Below are positions 18,291 to 28,985 of a stretch of 64,000 nt of DNA, piece after piece. The notes under the pieces are model-generated. The model saw nothing but the letters and a program-made list of their open reading frames with translations. It did not search any database and had not been told where the DNA came from. This DNA is from an uncultured Spirochaetota bacterium. GTDB lineage: Bacteria > Spirochaetota > Spirochaetia > SZUA-6 > CAVTHK01. Positions within the stretch are counted from its first letter, which is position 1; every line of letters begins with the position of its first letter. Position numbers and translations under genes: made by a program. The stretch covers positions 128,001 to 192,000 of the forward strand of contig CAVTHK010000009.1 of assembly GCA_963734495.1 (NCBI GenBank), written 5' to 3'.

Positions 18291-19916
18291 ATGTTCTGCT
18301 ACCAGTGCCAGGAAACGGCGCGCAATACCGGCTGCACCGCACGCGGGGTCTGCGGCAAGGAGGCGCGCGTCGCCGACCTGCAGGACGTGCTGGTGTACGG
18401 CCTCAAGGGGCTCGCGATGCTGGCGCGCCGCAGGCGCGCGGCCGGCGGCGCGGTCCCGGGTGAGGGCGCCTTGATCATGAAGGGCCTCTTCGCCACCATC
18501 ACCAATGCCAACTTCGACGCATCGCGGATCCGCGGCCTCATCTTCGAGGCGCTCGACCGCAAGCGCTCGCTCGCCCGCGCGCTGCCCAAGCGCACCGCGC
18601 TCACGCCGATCGAATCGTGGCAGGGGTCGACCGACACGGACCTCGAGAGCTGCTTCGCCGCGGCTTCGGTGACCGGCGGCCTCGACGAGGACCGGAGGTC
18701 GGTCAGGGAGCTCATCATCTACGCGCTCAAGGGGCTCTCGGCCTACGGCGAGCACGCGCACGTCCTCGGATTCGACGATGAAGGCCTGGACGCGGAGGTC
18801 GTCGAGATCCTGGCCGCCGCCTGCGACGACCTCGGGATGCCGGAGCTGCTGGCGCTGCTCGAGCGCACGGGCAAGGCGTGCGTCGCGGCGATGGCGCTGC
18901 TGGACCGCGCGAACACGACCACCTACGGCCACCCGCAGGTGACGCGCGTCGACATCGGGGTGCGCGGCCGGCCGGGGATCCTCGTGTCGGGCCACGACCT
19001 CAGGGACCTGGCGGAGCTGCTCGAGCAGACCGCCGGCCAGGGGATCGACGTCTACACCCACAGCGAGATGCTCCCCGCGCATGCTTACCCTGCGTTCCGC
19101 AGGCACCCGCACTTCGCCGGCAATTACGGCGGCTCCTGGTGGAAGCAGGGCGAAGAGTTCGTCACGTTCAACGGCCCGATCCTGATGACCACCAACTGCA
19201 TCATCCCGGTGCGCGACGGGTACAAGGACCGCATCTTCACCACCGGCATGGCCGGCTACCCGGGCGTCCCGCACATCGAGGACCGCCGCGACGGAAAGCC
19301 CAAGGACTTCGCGCGGATCATCGAGCTCGCAAAGAAGTGCCGGCCCCCGCAGGCTATCGAGAGCGGCGAGGTCGTCACGGGGTTCGCCCACGACCAGGTC
19401 GAGCGCCTCGCGGACAAGGTCGTCGCCGCGGTCAAGTCGGGGAAGATCCGCAAGTTCGTGGTCATGGGCGGCTGCGACGGCAGGAACAAGTCCCGCGAGT
19501 ATTTCACGGACCTCGCGAAGGCGCTGCCCCCGGACGCCGTCATCCTCACGTCGGGCTGCGCGAAGTACCGCTACAACAAGCTCGGGCTCGGCGACATCGA
19601 CGGGATCCCGCGCGTGCTCGACGCCGGGCAGTGCAACGACTCCTACTCGATCGCGGTCACGGCGCTCAAGCTCAAGGAGATCTTCGGCGCGAAGGACGTG
19701 AACGAGCTGCCGGTCGACTTCGCGATCGCCTGGTACGAGCAGAAGGCGGTCTGCGTGCTGGTCGCGCTGCTGGTGCTCGGCTTCAAGGGCGTGCGGATCG
19801 GGCCGACGCTCCCCGGTTTCGTTTCGGAGGGCGTCAAGCGCGTGCTCATCGAGCGCTTCGGGCTCAAGGCCACGAGCGACGTGCCGTCCGACCTGCGCGC
19901 GATCGTCGGGGCTTGA
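18291..19916 (+). CDS. hcp: Hybrid-cluster protein (hydroxylamine reductase / NO reductase)
   Basis: MFCYQCQET..GC...GVCGK; SGHDL; YTHSEMLPAH; MTTNC; GGCDG; GCAKYR; DAGQCNDSYS; WYEQKAV. Confidence 0.96.
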   Translation: MFCYQCQETARNTGCTARGVCGKEARVADLQDVLVYGLKGLAMLARRRRAAGGAVPGEGALIMKGLFATITNANFDASRIRGLIFEALDRKRSLARALPKRTALTPIESWQGSTDTDLESCFAAASVTGGLDEDRRSVRELIIYALKGLSAYGEHAHVLGFDDEGLDAEVVEILAAACDDLGMPELLALLERTGKACVAAMALLDRANTTTYGHPQVTRVDIGVRGRPGILVSGHDLRDLAELLEQTAGQGIDVYTHSEMLPAHAYPAFRRHPHFAGNYGGSWWKQGEEFVTFNGPILMTTNCIIPVRDGYKDRIFTTGMAGYPGVPHIEDRRDGKPKDFARIIELAKKCRPPQAIESGEVVTGFAHDQVERLADKVVAAVKSGKIRKFVVMGGCDGRNKSREYFTDLAKALPPDAVILTSGCAKYRYNKLGLGDIDGIPRVLDAGQCNDSYSIAVTALKLKEIFGAKDVNELPVDFAIAWYEQKAVCVLVALLVLGFKGVRIGPTLPGFVSEGVKRVLIERFGLKATSDVPSDLRAIVGA

Positions 19917-19920
19917 TCGC

Positions 19921-22900
19921 TCAGGTCGGGGGGGGCGCGGGACGCGTCGCGGCGCGCGAAGGGGCGACGCGGCTCTTGACGCCCTTCCAGCGCTCCACGA
20001 GCAGCTTGCGGATCTCGGCGGCGTCGATCTCGCCGAGCTCGACCTTTTTGCACGACGCGTAGAGGGCGCTGAAGGTCTCCTGCAGGTACGCGGCCAGCTC
20101 GGGAGACGCGGGGCGCGCCCCGGGCGCCGGCGGCGCCGGTGCCGCCGACGCCGCGGCCGGCGCGGCTGCCGCCTTCATTTTTGGTCCTGCTTTGAGCGGA
20201 TCCAGCTCTTTCGGCAGGTCGACGGCGATCTCGAAAGGCTCGTACGCGCTCACCGGCTCCGAGATGCCCTTGATCCTGATGGCGCCGATGGCCTTGCTGT
20301 TGATGTAGTCCCTGACCTTGTCCTGGACCACGTCGGAGACCAGGGCGGAGCCGGCCCTCGCCGCGGCCTGCAGCCGCGCCGCGATGTTCACGTCGTTGCC
20401 GAGCACGTCGCCTTCGCGCCTGAGCGCCTCGCCATAGTGGATCCCGATCCGCACGTCGATCCGCTTGCGCTCCTCCCGGTAGCTGTTGAAGCGGGTCAGC
20501 GCCTTCTGCAGCCGGACCGCGGCGAGGGCGGCGTCGAGGGGCGACTCGAAGACGAACAGGTGACCGTCGCCCATCTTCTTGATGAGCTCGCCGCGGTGCG
20601 ACGTCACGACCGGGAGGAGCACGCCTTCGTAGTCCTGGATGAACTCCGCGAGCTCCATGCCGGAGAGGCGCTCGGCCTTGGTCGAGTACCCCTGGATGTC
20701 CGTAAAGAAGACCGCCAGGTTCTGCACGTGCTCGCGGTCGAACTGGTAGCTCCTCTTCTCGCTCAGGTGGTCGAGGCTGACCTCCGTCTGCCCGCCGGTC
20801 TGGCCCGCCTCCTCTTCGCCGCCGGGCAGGAGCAGGCCCACGATCGCATCTCTCGCCGCGTCCGACTCGGCGCTGAGCAGCGTTTCCCTCAGGCCGAGCT
20901 GCACGCTCGAGGCGCCGGTCCCGAGCAGCGGGAAGAGGACCGGGACGATGGTCGGGCCGACCGAGCCTTTGAGGCCCTGCAGCACCTGGGCCTGAACTTC
21001 GGCGCCGCCCTTGGTGAGGAGATCGCGGATCACCTTGAGCGAGTACTCGTCGCCCAGCCTCCAGAGGAGGCACGCGGCCCTCGCCTGCAGGCCGCTGGCG
21101 CCGCCCCGCAGCGTCTTGTAGAGCATCTCCACGAGCGCGTCGCGGTTTCCGATGCTGCCGCGCGTGACCATCCGGTTGAAGATGGACAGGCACAGGCCCT
21201 TCTTCGCTTCGTCGCATTCCGGGAACAGGAGCCGCAGCGGCTCGAACGTCGCGGCGCCCGCCCTCGCGCCGATCACCTCGGCAATGCGGGCGGCCACTTC
21301 GGGGTCGGTGCTCAGTCGCAGTCCCTTGAGCAGCAGCTCCACAAAGGAGTCCTCGAGCGCGACGTCGAGCGACGCCAGCGCGTCCATCAGGTTCAGCAGC
21401 ACGTGCGCGTCGGCGACGGCGCCCAGGAGCTTGATGATGGCGGGCGCGACCAGCTTCCAGTCGAGGTCCCTCAGGAGCCTGATCGAGGCGATCGCCAGCA
21501 TCTTGACCCTGATCGGAGGCGCGAGGCACCGGGCGGCGATCTCCGACGCGAGGCCGCGGTCGACGGGAGCGATGGCGGCGAGGGCCGCCTCGGCCAGACG
21601 GTAGAACCCGGCCGCCTGGCTCCACTCGAAGATGTCGGCGTAGCATTCGGCCTCGTCCCGCGGCGACGCCGGACGGTAGAGGCGCGAGAGGCGCAGGCGC
21701 CGCATCAGCCTGTAGAGGAACACCCTCTTCTCCAGGCGGGCCAGCGCGAGGTCCCGCATCACGAGACCCGTCACGTGGCGCTGCGGGTTCCTGATGATGC
21801 CCACGAGCGCCTTGTATCCGTTGACGTGGCACGCTTCCAGCCTCACCGCCGAGGCCTTGAGCGTCGCAAGCATCTCGGTCTCCGAGCGCTCGCGGCTCCC
21901 CTTGAGGTAGTCCACGAGCGCCTTCTTCAGAGCCTCGTCGCCGTAGTACTCCAGGTACTCCCGCGACTTCGCGCTGTCCGACGACGGTCCCGCCTCCTCC
22001 GCCGGCCGTCCCGACCTGGCGAGGTCCTCGAAGAGGGCGCGGATGCTCGCGAGCGCTCCTCCCCTGATCGTGAAGGCGAGCCGCGGAGAGGCGCCGCGCG
22101 AATGGCTCTCCATCCGCTCGATCGCGATCCATGCTTCGCCCTCGATGGCGGGATCCGACTCCACTCCCTCCCAGAGCATGCGCGCGATCGGCGCGAGCCG
22201 CGCCGGGTCGTCGGTCTGCCTGATCGCCCGGTAGGCCGCCAGGCGCACCTCGGCGTCGGGGTCCCGGAGGGCCTCATGGAGAAGGGACCCCGCGGCCGGC
22301 ACCGCGTGGATCCCGGCGATCGAAACGAGCCGGCCGCGGTTGGGCGGCGGGAGGGTCTTGTAGGCCTTGATCCCGTGCTCGACGAGCCGGGAGGCCAGCG
22401 CCGCGTCCGCCTCGGCCCGCGCGAAGACCTGATCGACGTACTCCCCCTCGGTCTCCGACAGGAGCCCTTCGGGCGGGCCCCCGGCGCCGTCCACGAGCAG
22501 GAGCGCGGCCGCGCTCGCGCGCACCGCCGGCGGGAGCAGGGTCGAGCGCGCGCTCCCGGCCAGGAGGTCGCGCACGCGAGCGTCCCCGGGCGCCGCCTTC
22601 CACAGGCTCTCCAGGATCGTGGAGCGCAGCGCCTCGTCCTGTGTCACGTTGTAGAGGTCGAGCAGGATCCGTAACGTGTCGGGGTGCCCGATCGCCGCGG
22701 CGGTCTCGACCGCGGCTCTCCGCACCTCCTCGTCCTCGTGCGCGAAGAGCTTGCAGACGAGGGCGAAGCCGTCGGGGCTCCGCATCCTGGCGAGCGCCGC
22801 CAGGGCGGAGAGGGCGACGACGGGCCGCGAATCGAACAGGTCGGCCTGCACGAGGGCCATGCCCTTGCGCTCCCGGTCGAACGCTTCGACGAGCCTGTGA

Positions 22901-23022
22901 ATCGTGACGCGGGACTGCTCTCCCTGAGGCAGCTTTTCCGTTTGGCACTCTCCGTTCCCGCCGAAGGCGCCGAGGCGACCCTCGCCGCCTGCCATCATAG
23001 GCCGCCGAGCGACGCTGGGCAA
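19921..23022 (-). CDS. HEAT/armadillo-repeat protein with C-terminal class III adenylate cyclase domain (true start probably downstream, e.g. 22860)
   Basis: HEAT-like EDEEVRRAAVE and LRDPDAEVRLAA. Cyclase motifs VFFTDIQGYS, IKKMGDG, VRIGIHYG, DVLGNDVNIAARLQ. Confidence 0.88.
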   Translation of the reverse strand: MPSVARRPMMAGGEGRLGAFGGNGECQTEKLPQGEQSRVTIHRLVEAFDRERKGMALVQADLFDSRPVVALSALAALARMRSPDGFALVCKLFAHEDEEVRRAAVETAAAIGHPDTLRILLDLYNVTQDEALRSTILESLWKAAPGDARVRDLLAGSARSTLLPPAVRASAAALLLVDGAGGPPEGLLSETEGEYVDQVFARAEADAALASRLVEHGIKAYKTLPPPNRGRLVSIAGIHAVPAAGSLLHEALRDPDAEVRLAAYRAIRQTDDPARLAPIARMLWEGVESDPAIEGEAWIAIERMESHSRGASPRLAFTIRGGALASIRALFEDLARSGRPAEEAGPSSDSAKSREYLEYYGDEALKKALVDYLKGSRERSETEMLATLKASAVRLEACHVNGYKALVGIIRNPQRHVTGLVMRDLALARLEKRVFLYRLMRRLRLSRLYRPASPRDEAECYADIFEWSQAAGFYRLAEAALAAIAPVDRGLASEIAARCLAPPIRVKMLAIASIRLLRDLDWKLVAPAIIKLLGAVADAHVLLNLMDALASLDVALEDSFVELLLKGLRLSTDPEVAARIAEVIGARAGAATFEPLRLLFPECDEAKKGLCLSIFNRMVTRGSIGNRDALVEMLYKTLRGGASGLQARAACLLWRLGDEYSLKVIRDLLTKGGAEVQAQVLQGLKGSVGPTIVPVLFPLLGTGASSVQLGLRETLLSAESDAARDAIVGLLLPGGEEEAGQTGGQTEVSLDHLSEKRSYQFDREHVQNLAVFFTDIQGYSTKAERLSGMELAEFIQDYEGVLLPVVTSHRGELIKKMGDGHLFVFESPLDAALAAVRLQKALTRFNSYREERKRIDVRIGIHYGEALRREGDVLGNDVNIAARLQAAARAGSALVSDVVQDKVRDYINSKAIGAIRIKGISEPVSAYEPFEIAVDLPKELDPLKAGPKMKAAAAPAAASAAPAPPAPGARPASPELAAYLQETFSALYASCKKVELGEIDAAEIRKLLVERWKGVKSRVAPSRAATRPAPPPT

Positions 23023-23205
23023 TACGCGGAAGCCCCGGGAAGCCCGGGGAAGCCAGGTCAGGCCCCGGGCAGGCCCCGCGCAGGCAGCCGCGCGGAGGAA
23101 TCAGCGGGGGACGAGCGGGCGCTAACGAAGGGATCAGCACCCGGCGGCGAGGTCCTTCAGCTTGACCGCTCCTGCGAGCCGCGGCCACCCCCGCCCGCGC
23201 GCTTG

Positions 23206-24989
23206 TCAGCAGTAGCGAGGCAGGGTGAGCCGCATCCAGGTGTCGTCGTAGCAGCCGTAGTACGCGTGCATCACGCGCCGCGAGAGGTCGCAGAGCGCGA
23301 CCGCGCCTTCGATGCGCCGGCCCCTGGGCGTCACGGCGTTGTGCCGGTAGTACGACGGAAACTTCCGCAGCGGCGACAGGAAGTCGATGAGCGCCTTGGC
23401 CGTGCTCGAGGCCGATCCTGCGGGGCCGCCCGCGCGGGCCGAGCGCCGACCGGATCTGGTGCGTGAGCTCGTCGTAGCGCCACTGCAGGTCGTCCTCGCG
23501 CGCGGCCGCGACCAGCGAGACCCACTGCCCCATGGAGCAGAGCCTCATCTCCGGAGTCAGCGCCTGGTTGGCCGCCACGAGGAGGTCGCGGCCCTGCTCG
23601 CGCTGCGGCGGGAAGTAGAAGGAGCGCGGGACCGCCTTCTGCTTCCAGGGCTCGCGCACGCGGGTGTGGAAGCGGCCCCCGGCCGCCTCCTGGGCCGCGC
23701 TGTGCCGCTTTCCGAACATGGCGAAGAGCCTCTCGTTGAGGGCCGCGAGATCGGAGGGCGGCCGGTAGTCGCTCGTGCGCACCATGACGCCGCGGGTGGC
23801 CGGGCCGATACGGGTGCTTCTCGAGCACGGACCGGCAGCGCTGCGGGACGTAGGAGAGGCCGTCGAGGGCCTCGGTCGTCATCCCCGCCTCCACGGCCGC
23901 GGCGCGGCCGCTCCTGCCGTCCGCCACCACGTACAGCCAGGAGACGCCTCGCTGCGCCTCGACGATCGTGTCCACGGCGTCCTCGAGGCTCCGCGCGCTG
24001 TCCGCGCAGCGGCGGGCCAGGAGCAGGGAGTTGAGGCCCGGTCTGCGGAAGTTGCAGTTTTCGGCGGGCAGCATGTCGACGCCGACGGCCACGCCTCGGA
24101 CGTTCATCGCGGTGATGCTTCCGACGAGGCCGGGGGCGGTGAGGCTCACGATCGGGAGGGCGCCGCTCGCGTGCTGTCGATCGTTGCCGACGTCACGCCG
24201 ATCGCCGCCCTCGCCCGCGTCCTCGAGCGGGTTGTGCACGATCAGGCAGCAGGTGTCCTGGAACACGGCGGCGGTCGCGAACATGAAATCGCGGCCGAAG
24301 TAGCAGCCGCCGTCGTCCGTCAGGGATCTCCCCAGAAAGAAGGCGTTGCAGGCCAGCGGGACGCGGAGGTGCCGGGCGCGCACGCGCGGAACGCGGATCG
24401 CGGCGGCGAGCCGCCGGACGAGGCGCGATCTTCCGCGCAGCTTCGCGAGAAAGGCGTCGAGATCGGGGACCCAGTCGAGCAGGTGGACCCCCGTGTACAC
24501 GTAGGACAGGAGGAAGTCGATCCCCGTGTTCAGCAGGAACAGCTCGCGATAGGTCACCCGCGTCGCGGGGTTTCGCGCCCTGCATCCCGCGACGGTCCCG
24601 CGCAGCTCGTCCTTGAGGCACTCGGGGATGTCGTCGGGGTGGCGGTAATACGTCTTGAGGCAGCGATGGCGTAGAATATCCATCAGGCGCGCCTTGAGCC
24701 TGCGGAAGCGCAGCGGGTGGAACAGGGCGGGAGCGACGAACGCGGGCACGACGTTGTCCACGAATTCGCTCGCCATGCGCTCGACTCGCTCGCACGCGAG
24801 GTACCCGATGAGGTATCCCCGCTCCCGTGCCGGGCCCTCGACATAGAGCGCCGTGCGGTTCGGGTCGAGCACGCTGCGGGCCAGGATGCCGCGGCAGCCG
24901 TGATAGCGCTCGATCCGCTCGACCGCGTACCCGTCGGCTTCGAACGCGGCCCCGAGCTCCGCATCCGATCGTGGCACGCCGCCCCTCAT
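23206..24989 (-). CDS. Ntn-hydrolase, peptidase C45/acid-ceramidase-like (frameshifts near 23815 and 23400)
   Basis: RERGYLIG; autoproteolysis site LACNAF; FGRDFMF; PGLVGSITAMN. The reading continues in other frames (ANQALTPEMRL; ALIDFLSP...YYGCYDDTWMRLTLPRYC*). Confidence 0.7.
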
Positions 24990-25074
24990 GTTCTGAAGTG
25001 TAGGGCAAGCGACGCGCGGCCTCAACCGCATTCGAGACACCGCGGGCGTCGATCGCGCGCGACTCAGCAGCAGG

Positions 25075-28000
25075 CTATTTCGCCTCGCGCGAAGCGGGGC
25101 ACAGCTTCCGGATCACTTCGCTCAGACGCTCGAAATCGACGGGCTTGGTGACGTAGTCATCGAGGCCCGCGTCGGAAAACCGGGTCTCGTCCCCCTTGAG
25201 CGCGAAGGCGGTCAGGGCGATCACGGGTATGCGGGCCGCCGGCCCCTCTCGACGGCGGATGCGCCGCGTGGCTTCGAGGCCGTCCATGACGGGCATCTGG
25301 ATGTCCATGAGCACCACGTCGAACGCGCCCCGCTCGAGCGCCTCCAGCGCCTCGGAGCCGTTCCCGGCCGTGGTCACGACGTGGCCGCTGTCCTCGAATG
25401 CGGTCTTGAGGAAGAGGCGGTTGACGAAGTTGTCCTCGACCAGCAGCACCCTCAGTCTCGGCAGGCGCGAAAGGACGCGGCCGGCGGCCGAAGGCGCGGC
25501 GGGCGTGACGTCGGCCCGGTGGACCTGCGACGCGCCGATCGGCAGGGTGAAGAAGAATGTGCTGCCCGCTCCTTCCTGGCTCTCCACCCCGATCAACCCC
25601 CCCATGAGCTCGACCAGGCGCTTGCTGATCGTGAGGCCCAGCCCGGTGCCCTGGTGGCTCGGCCGCGTGACCGTGCCGTGAAGCCTCTCGAAGCTCTGGA
25701 ACAACCTGTCCCGGCTCGACGCCGGAATTCCGATTCCCGTGTCCGACACGGCGAAACGGATCCGCTCCCCGCCCTCAAAGGGTCTCTGCAGCGTCAGCGT
25801 GATCCCCACTCCGCCCTTGTCGGTGTACTTGAGCGCGTTGGAGAGCAGGTTGGTCAGCACCCGGGAGAGAAATTCCTGATCGGCCTGCACGACCTGCGGA
25901 ACGCTCTGGTCGATGTCGAGCGCCAGCGAGAGGCTCTTCTGTCTGGCTATCACCGAGTATGTGTTGACGAGGCTTTCCAGCAGGGGCCGCAGCTCGATAG
26001 GACCCATCGTGAGCTGCACCTTACCGCTTTCGATGTACGCGAGGTCCAGAATGTTCCCGACGATGGCCAGCAGCGATCGGGCCGACTCGCGGATCATCTC
26101 CACGAACTCCCGCGCTTCGTGCTCCCGGATGCGAGGCTCGAGCACTTCCGAAAGGCCGACGATCGCGCTGATCGGAGTCCTGATCTCGTGGCTCATGTGA
26201 GCGAGGAACTCCGACTTGGCCCTGTTGGCCCGCTCGGCCTCCTCCTTGGCGGCGAGCAGGTCGCGCTCGGCCTGAGTGCGCTCGGTGATGTCCAGTGTCA
26301 TCGCCATGGCGGCGATGACGCCGCCGCTGTCATCCCGCAGGGGGACGTACTGCGACCAGAGAATGCGTCCGTCGCGCTCCGCCTCGTATCCGTCGGACGC
26401 GCCCGCGAGCGCCCTGCGGAATCGCTCCTCGAGGAGCCTGGCGGTCTCCTCGTCGTGCGCCTCGCCGATCCTGCGTCCCTCCATGTCGCTGCGGGTCGGG
26501 CCCAGGCGGGCGAGCAGGCTTCCCTCGACCGCGAGGTAGCGGAGGTCGGGTCCCACGACGGACACCGAGCCGTCCGGGATGTTGCGGGCGATCGTGCGAT
26601 AGATCGTCTCGCTGCTGCGCAGCGCGGCCTCCGCGGCCTTGCGCCAGCCTATGTCCACGCCGTGCACGACGAAGCCGCGCTGCCGCCCGGTCTCGTCGAA
26701 GTCGGGAGAGTACGAGCCCTGCACCCAGCGGCTGCTGCCGCCTGGAAAGAACAGCTCGCTCTCGTAGGTGACCTGCTCTCCGGCCAGAACGCGCTGCACG
26801 TAGGGACGGACTGTCTTCCAGGCATCTTCGCCCAGGACGTCCCTCACCCTCAGTCCCCTGATCTCTTCCGTGCTGCGCCCGAACCACTGCTCGTAGCCCC
26901 GGTTGACCCTGCGGTAGCGCCCGTCGGCGCCCACGTAGGCGATCAGGGCCGGCGCGGCGTCCATGATCGTCCGCAGCTCGTTCTCCCGGTCGCGCAGCGC
27001 GCGCTCCGCGCGATGGCGCATGAGCGTCTGCACGACGACGGGAGCCAGCGCCTCCAGCCCGTGCAGGTCCTCGTCACGATAGCCGCCCTGGCGGTTCGCC
27101 ACCGCGATGATGCCGACTGTCCTCCCCGACTGGGAAAGAGGAACCCCGAGAAAGCCGGCGAGAGGCGGATGACCGTCGGGGAGGGTGATACGCCCGGCGG
27201 GCTCGTTGACAAAGATGCCCCTGCCCTCCCGGAGCACATCGCGGCAGATGCTGTGGTCTCGCAGCCCCATCGAGGGCTCTTCGCCCGGCCCCGAAGGGCC
27301 GGCCCCGCGGCATGCCGCCCGCGCCCGGTCGCTGATCGTGGCCGCGCCGAGCGACCCGTTCGAGTCGACCTCCGCGAGAAAGCTGATGGCGCTGCCGGTC
27401 ACATCCTCGGCCACTGCCAGGCAGATGCGTCGCAGCGCGTCTTCGGATTCACAAGTCATCGCCTCGGTCAGGATCCGGTTGATGCCCAGGAGAAGGACGT
27501 TCTGCCGGTGCAAGGTTTGCTCGCGCGCCTTGCGCGCGCTCACGTCGCGGACGACCGCGAGGACCGCCGGTTTGCCCAGGTAGTCCACGCGGATGGCGGA
27601 GACCTCGATCTGGATCGGCCGTCCGTCGACCGTGAGCGCCTGCAGCTCCCGCGCCTGCCTGGCCGGATCCGCCTCCGGCCGGGGTTCCGCCTCGAGGGAT
27701 CTGCGTTCCGCCGGGTGAAGCAGCTCCGACAGCGGTCGCGCCACGAGTTCCTGCGGGGTCGAGGCGCCGAACAGCCGGACCGCGGCCGGGTTGGCGAAGA
27801 GGCAGCGGCCCTCGCTGTGGATCAGGATGCCTTCGGGCACGAAATCGACCAGGGTGGAGTAGCGCCTCAGGGTTTCCCGCAGCAGGTCGACGGAGCGCAG
27901 CCCGCCCGAGCGCCGGACACCCGCCGCGGCGGCGACGACGAGGTAGACCCCCCCGAGGTACTGGGCCGCGCGTCCGACCCAGGCGTGCACGCTGGCGTAG

Positions 28001-28704
28001 TGGCTGATGCCGAGCACCGCCTCGTACCCGATCACCATCAGGGCGAGCCCCGGCGCGTACCAGCGCAGAAAGACCGACCGGCTCCTGCGGCCGATGACGT
28101 GCAGCAGGACCGCGGATGCCGCGAAGCCCGCCATGGCGCAGAGCAGGACCACCTGCCTCACGACAGTCGGGCCCCGGCCCTCGACGAAGAACGGGGGAAG
28201 GGCGTTCCGGTATGCCGCCCACACCACGATCGCTTCCACCAGCAGGGCCGCGCCGTAGACGACGGCCAGCCGGATCCAGGAGTCGCGCCGCGACCGCGCG
28301 ACGGACGGCGGCAGCAGCAGGCGCACGGCCGCGGCCAGGTTGAAGGCGCCGGCCATGCAGCCTGCCGTGTTCTGGATCGTGACGTTCGCGTTGAAGCTCG
28401 TCCACGGCGACTGAAGCCCTGAAAGGAGGCTCGCGCTTCCGAAGACCGCCATCGAGGCGCCGAGCAGGAGGTTGGCGATACTCCCGCCGCCGAGGGTGCT
28501 GCGGGCCGAAAGCGCCGCCACGAGGAGGCCCGCCACGCCGAGGAAGAGGAAATTCGTGACGGGCATCAGCCACAAGCCGTCGATGAGGACATCGCCCCCC
28601 GGCAGGACCTCGAGCCCGACGGCGATGATCAGAAAGGCGAGCACCGGAAGCCAGACGAACCGCGTGACTGCCTCGGGCGCGGGTGAGCTTGGGTCACTTT
28701 TCAC
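25075..28704 (-). CDS. Membrane-bound hybrid sensor histidine kinase (TM sensor, PAS, GAF, two PAS, HisKA, HATPase, receiver)
   Basis: FLAHMSHEIRTP; NLLSNALKYT; DTGIGI; GTGLGL; receiver LLVEDN..LMDIQMPVMDG..KPV. Confidence 0.95.
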   Translation of the reverse strand: MKSDPSSPAPEAVTRFVWLPVLAFLIIAVGLEVLPGGDVLIDGLWLMPVTNFLFLGVAGLLVAALSARSTLGGGSIANLLLGASMAVFGSASLLSGLQSPWTSFNANVTIQNTAGCMAGAFNLAAAVRLLLPPSVARSRRDSWIRLAVVYGAALLVEAIVVWAAYRNALPPFFVEGRGPTVVRQVVLLCAMAGFAASAVLLHVIGRRSRSVFLRWYAPGLALMVIGYEAVLGISHYASVHAWVGRAAQYLGGVYLVVAAAAGVRRSGGLRSVDLLRETLRRYSTLVDFVPEGILIHSEGRCLFANPAAVRLFGASTPQELVARPLSELLHPAERRSLEAEPRPEADPARQARELQALTVDGRPIQIEVSAIRVDYLGKPAVLAVVRDVSARKAREQTLHRQNVLLLGINRILTEAMTCESEDALRRICLAVAEDVTGSAISFLAEVDSNGSLGAATISDRARAACRGAGPSGPGEEPSMGLRDHSICRDVLREGRGIFVNEPAGRITLPDGHPPLAGFLGVPLSQSGRTVGIIAVANRQGGYRDEDLHGLEALAPVVVQTLMRHRAERALRDRENELRTIMDAAPALIAYVGADGRYRRVNRGYEQWFGRSTEEIRGLRVRDVLGEDAWKTVRPYVQRVLAGEQVTYESELFFPGGSSRWVQGSYSPDFDETGRQRGFVVHGVDIGWRKAAEAALRSSETIYRTIARNIPDGSVSVVGPDLRYLAVEGSLLARLGPTRSDMEGRRIGEAHDEETARLLEERFRRALAGASDGYEAERDGRILWSQYVPLRDDSGGVIAAMAMTLDITERTQAERDLLAAKEEAERANRAKSEFLAHMSHEIRTPISAIVGLSEVLEPRIREHEAREFVEMIRESARSLLAIVGNILDLAYIESGKVQLTMGPIELRPLLESLVNTYSVIARQKSLSLALDIDQSVPQVVQADQEFLSRVLTNLLSNALKYTDKGGVGITLTLQRPFEGGERIRFAVSDTGIGIPASSRDRLFQSFERLHGTVTRPSHQGTGLGLTISKRLVELMGGLIGVESQEGAGSTFFFTLPIGASQVHRADVTPAAPSAAGRVLSRLPRLRVLLVEDNFVNRLFLKTAFEDSGHVVTTAGNGSEALEALERGAFDVVLMDIQMPVMDGLEATRRIRRREGPAARIPVIALTAFALKGDETRFSDAGLDDYVTKPVDFERLSEVIRKLCPASREAK

Positions 28705-28916
28705 ATGGCACCGTCGAGGGGCGCGCGCCCTCCGGCGTCAGCATGCCCCTCGGCCGTCGAGTGTACCGGATGCGCCGACCGGCCACAAGGCGCCGGAGAG
28801 CGGCGGCGGATCGCGGCCTATCGCGGGCCCGGAGAAATCTTCCAGGTGAAGGCGGCTGCCGGGAAGCGCGAGACTGCCAACGGACCGCGCTTTCGCTGGC
28901 AGGAGCGTTTGTTGCC

Positions 28917-28945
28917 TTGTTCGGCACGAAAGGCCGCTGTATCAT
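28917..28945 (+). promoter_or_regulatory. Sigma70-type promoter of the radical SAM locus
   Basis: TTGTTC-N17-TATCAT, followed by GGAGG and ATG 28986. Confidence 0.5.
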
Positions 28946-28985
28946 GCGGTGTCCACGATCATCCGGCCCGGAGGCGGCCGCTCCC

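Noticed and set aside
19643-28422. Long alternative-frame ORFs (19643..22132, 20437..22674, 25381..28422 and similar ORFs elsewhere)
   Set aside because: Arg/Pro/Gly-rich or antisense shadows typical of 70% GC DNA; they overlap genes with clear motifs.
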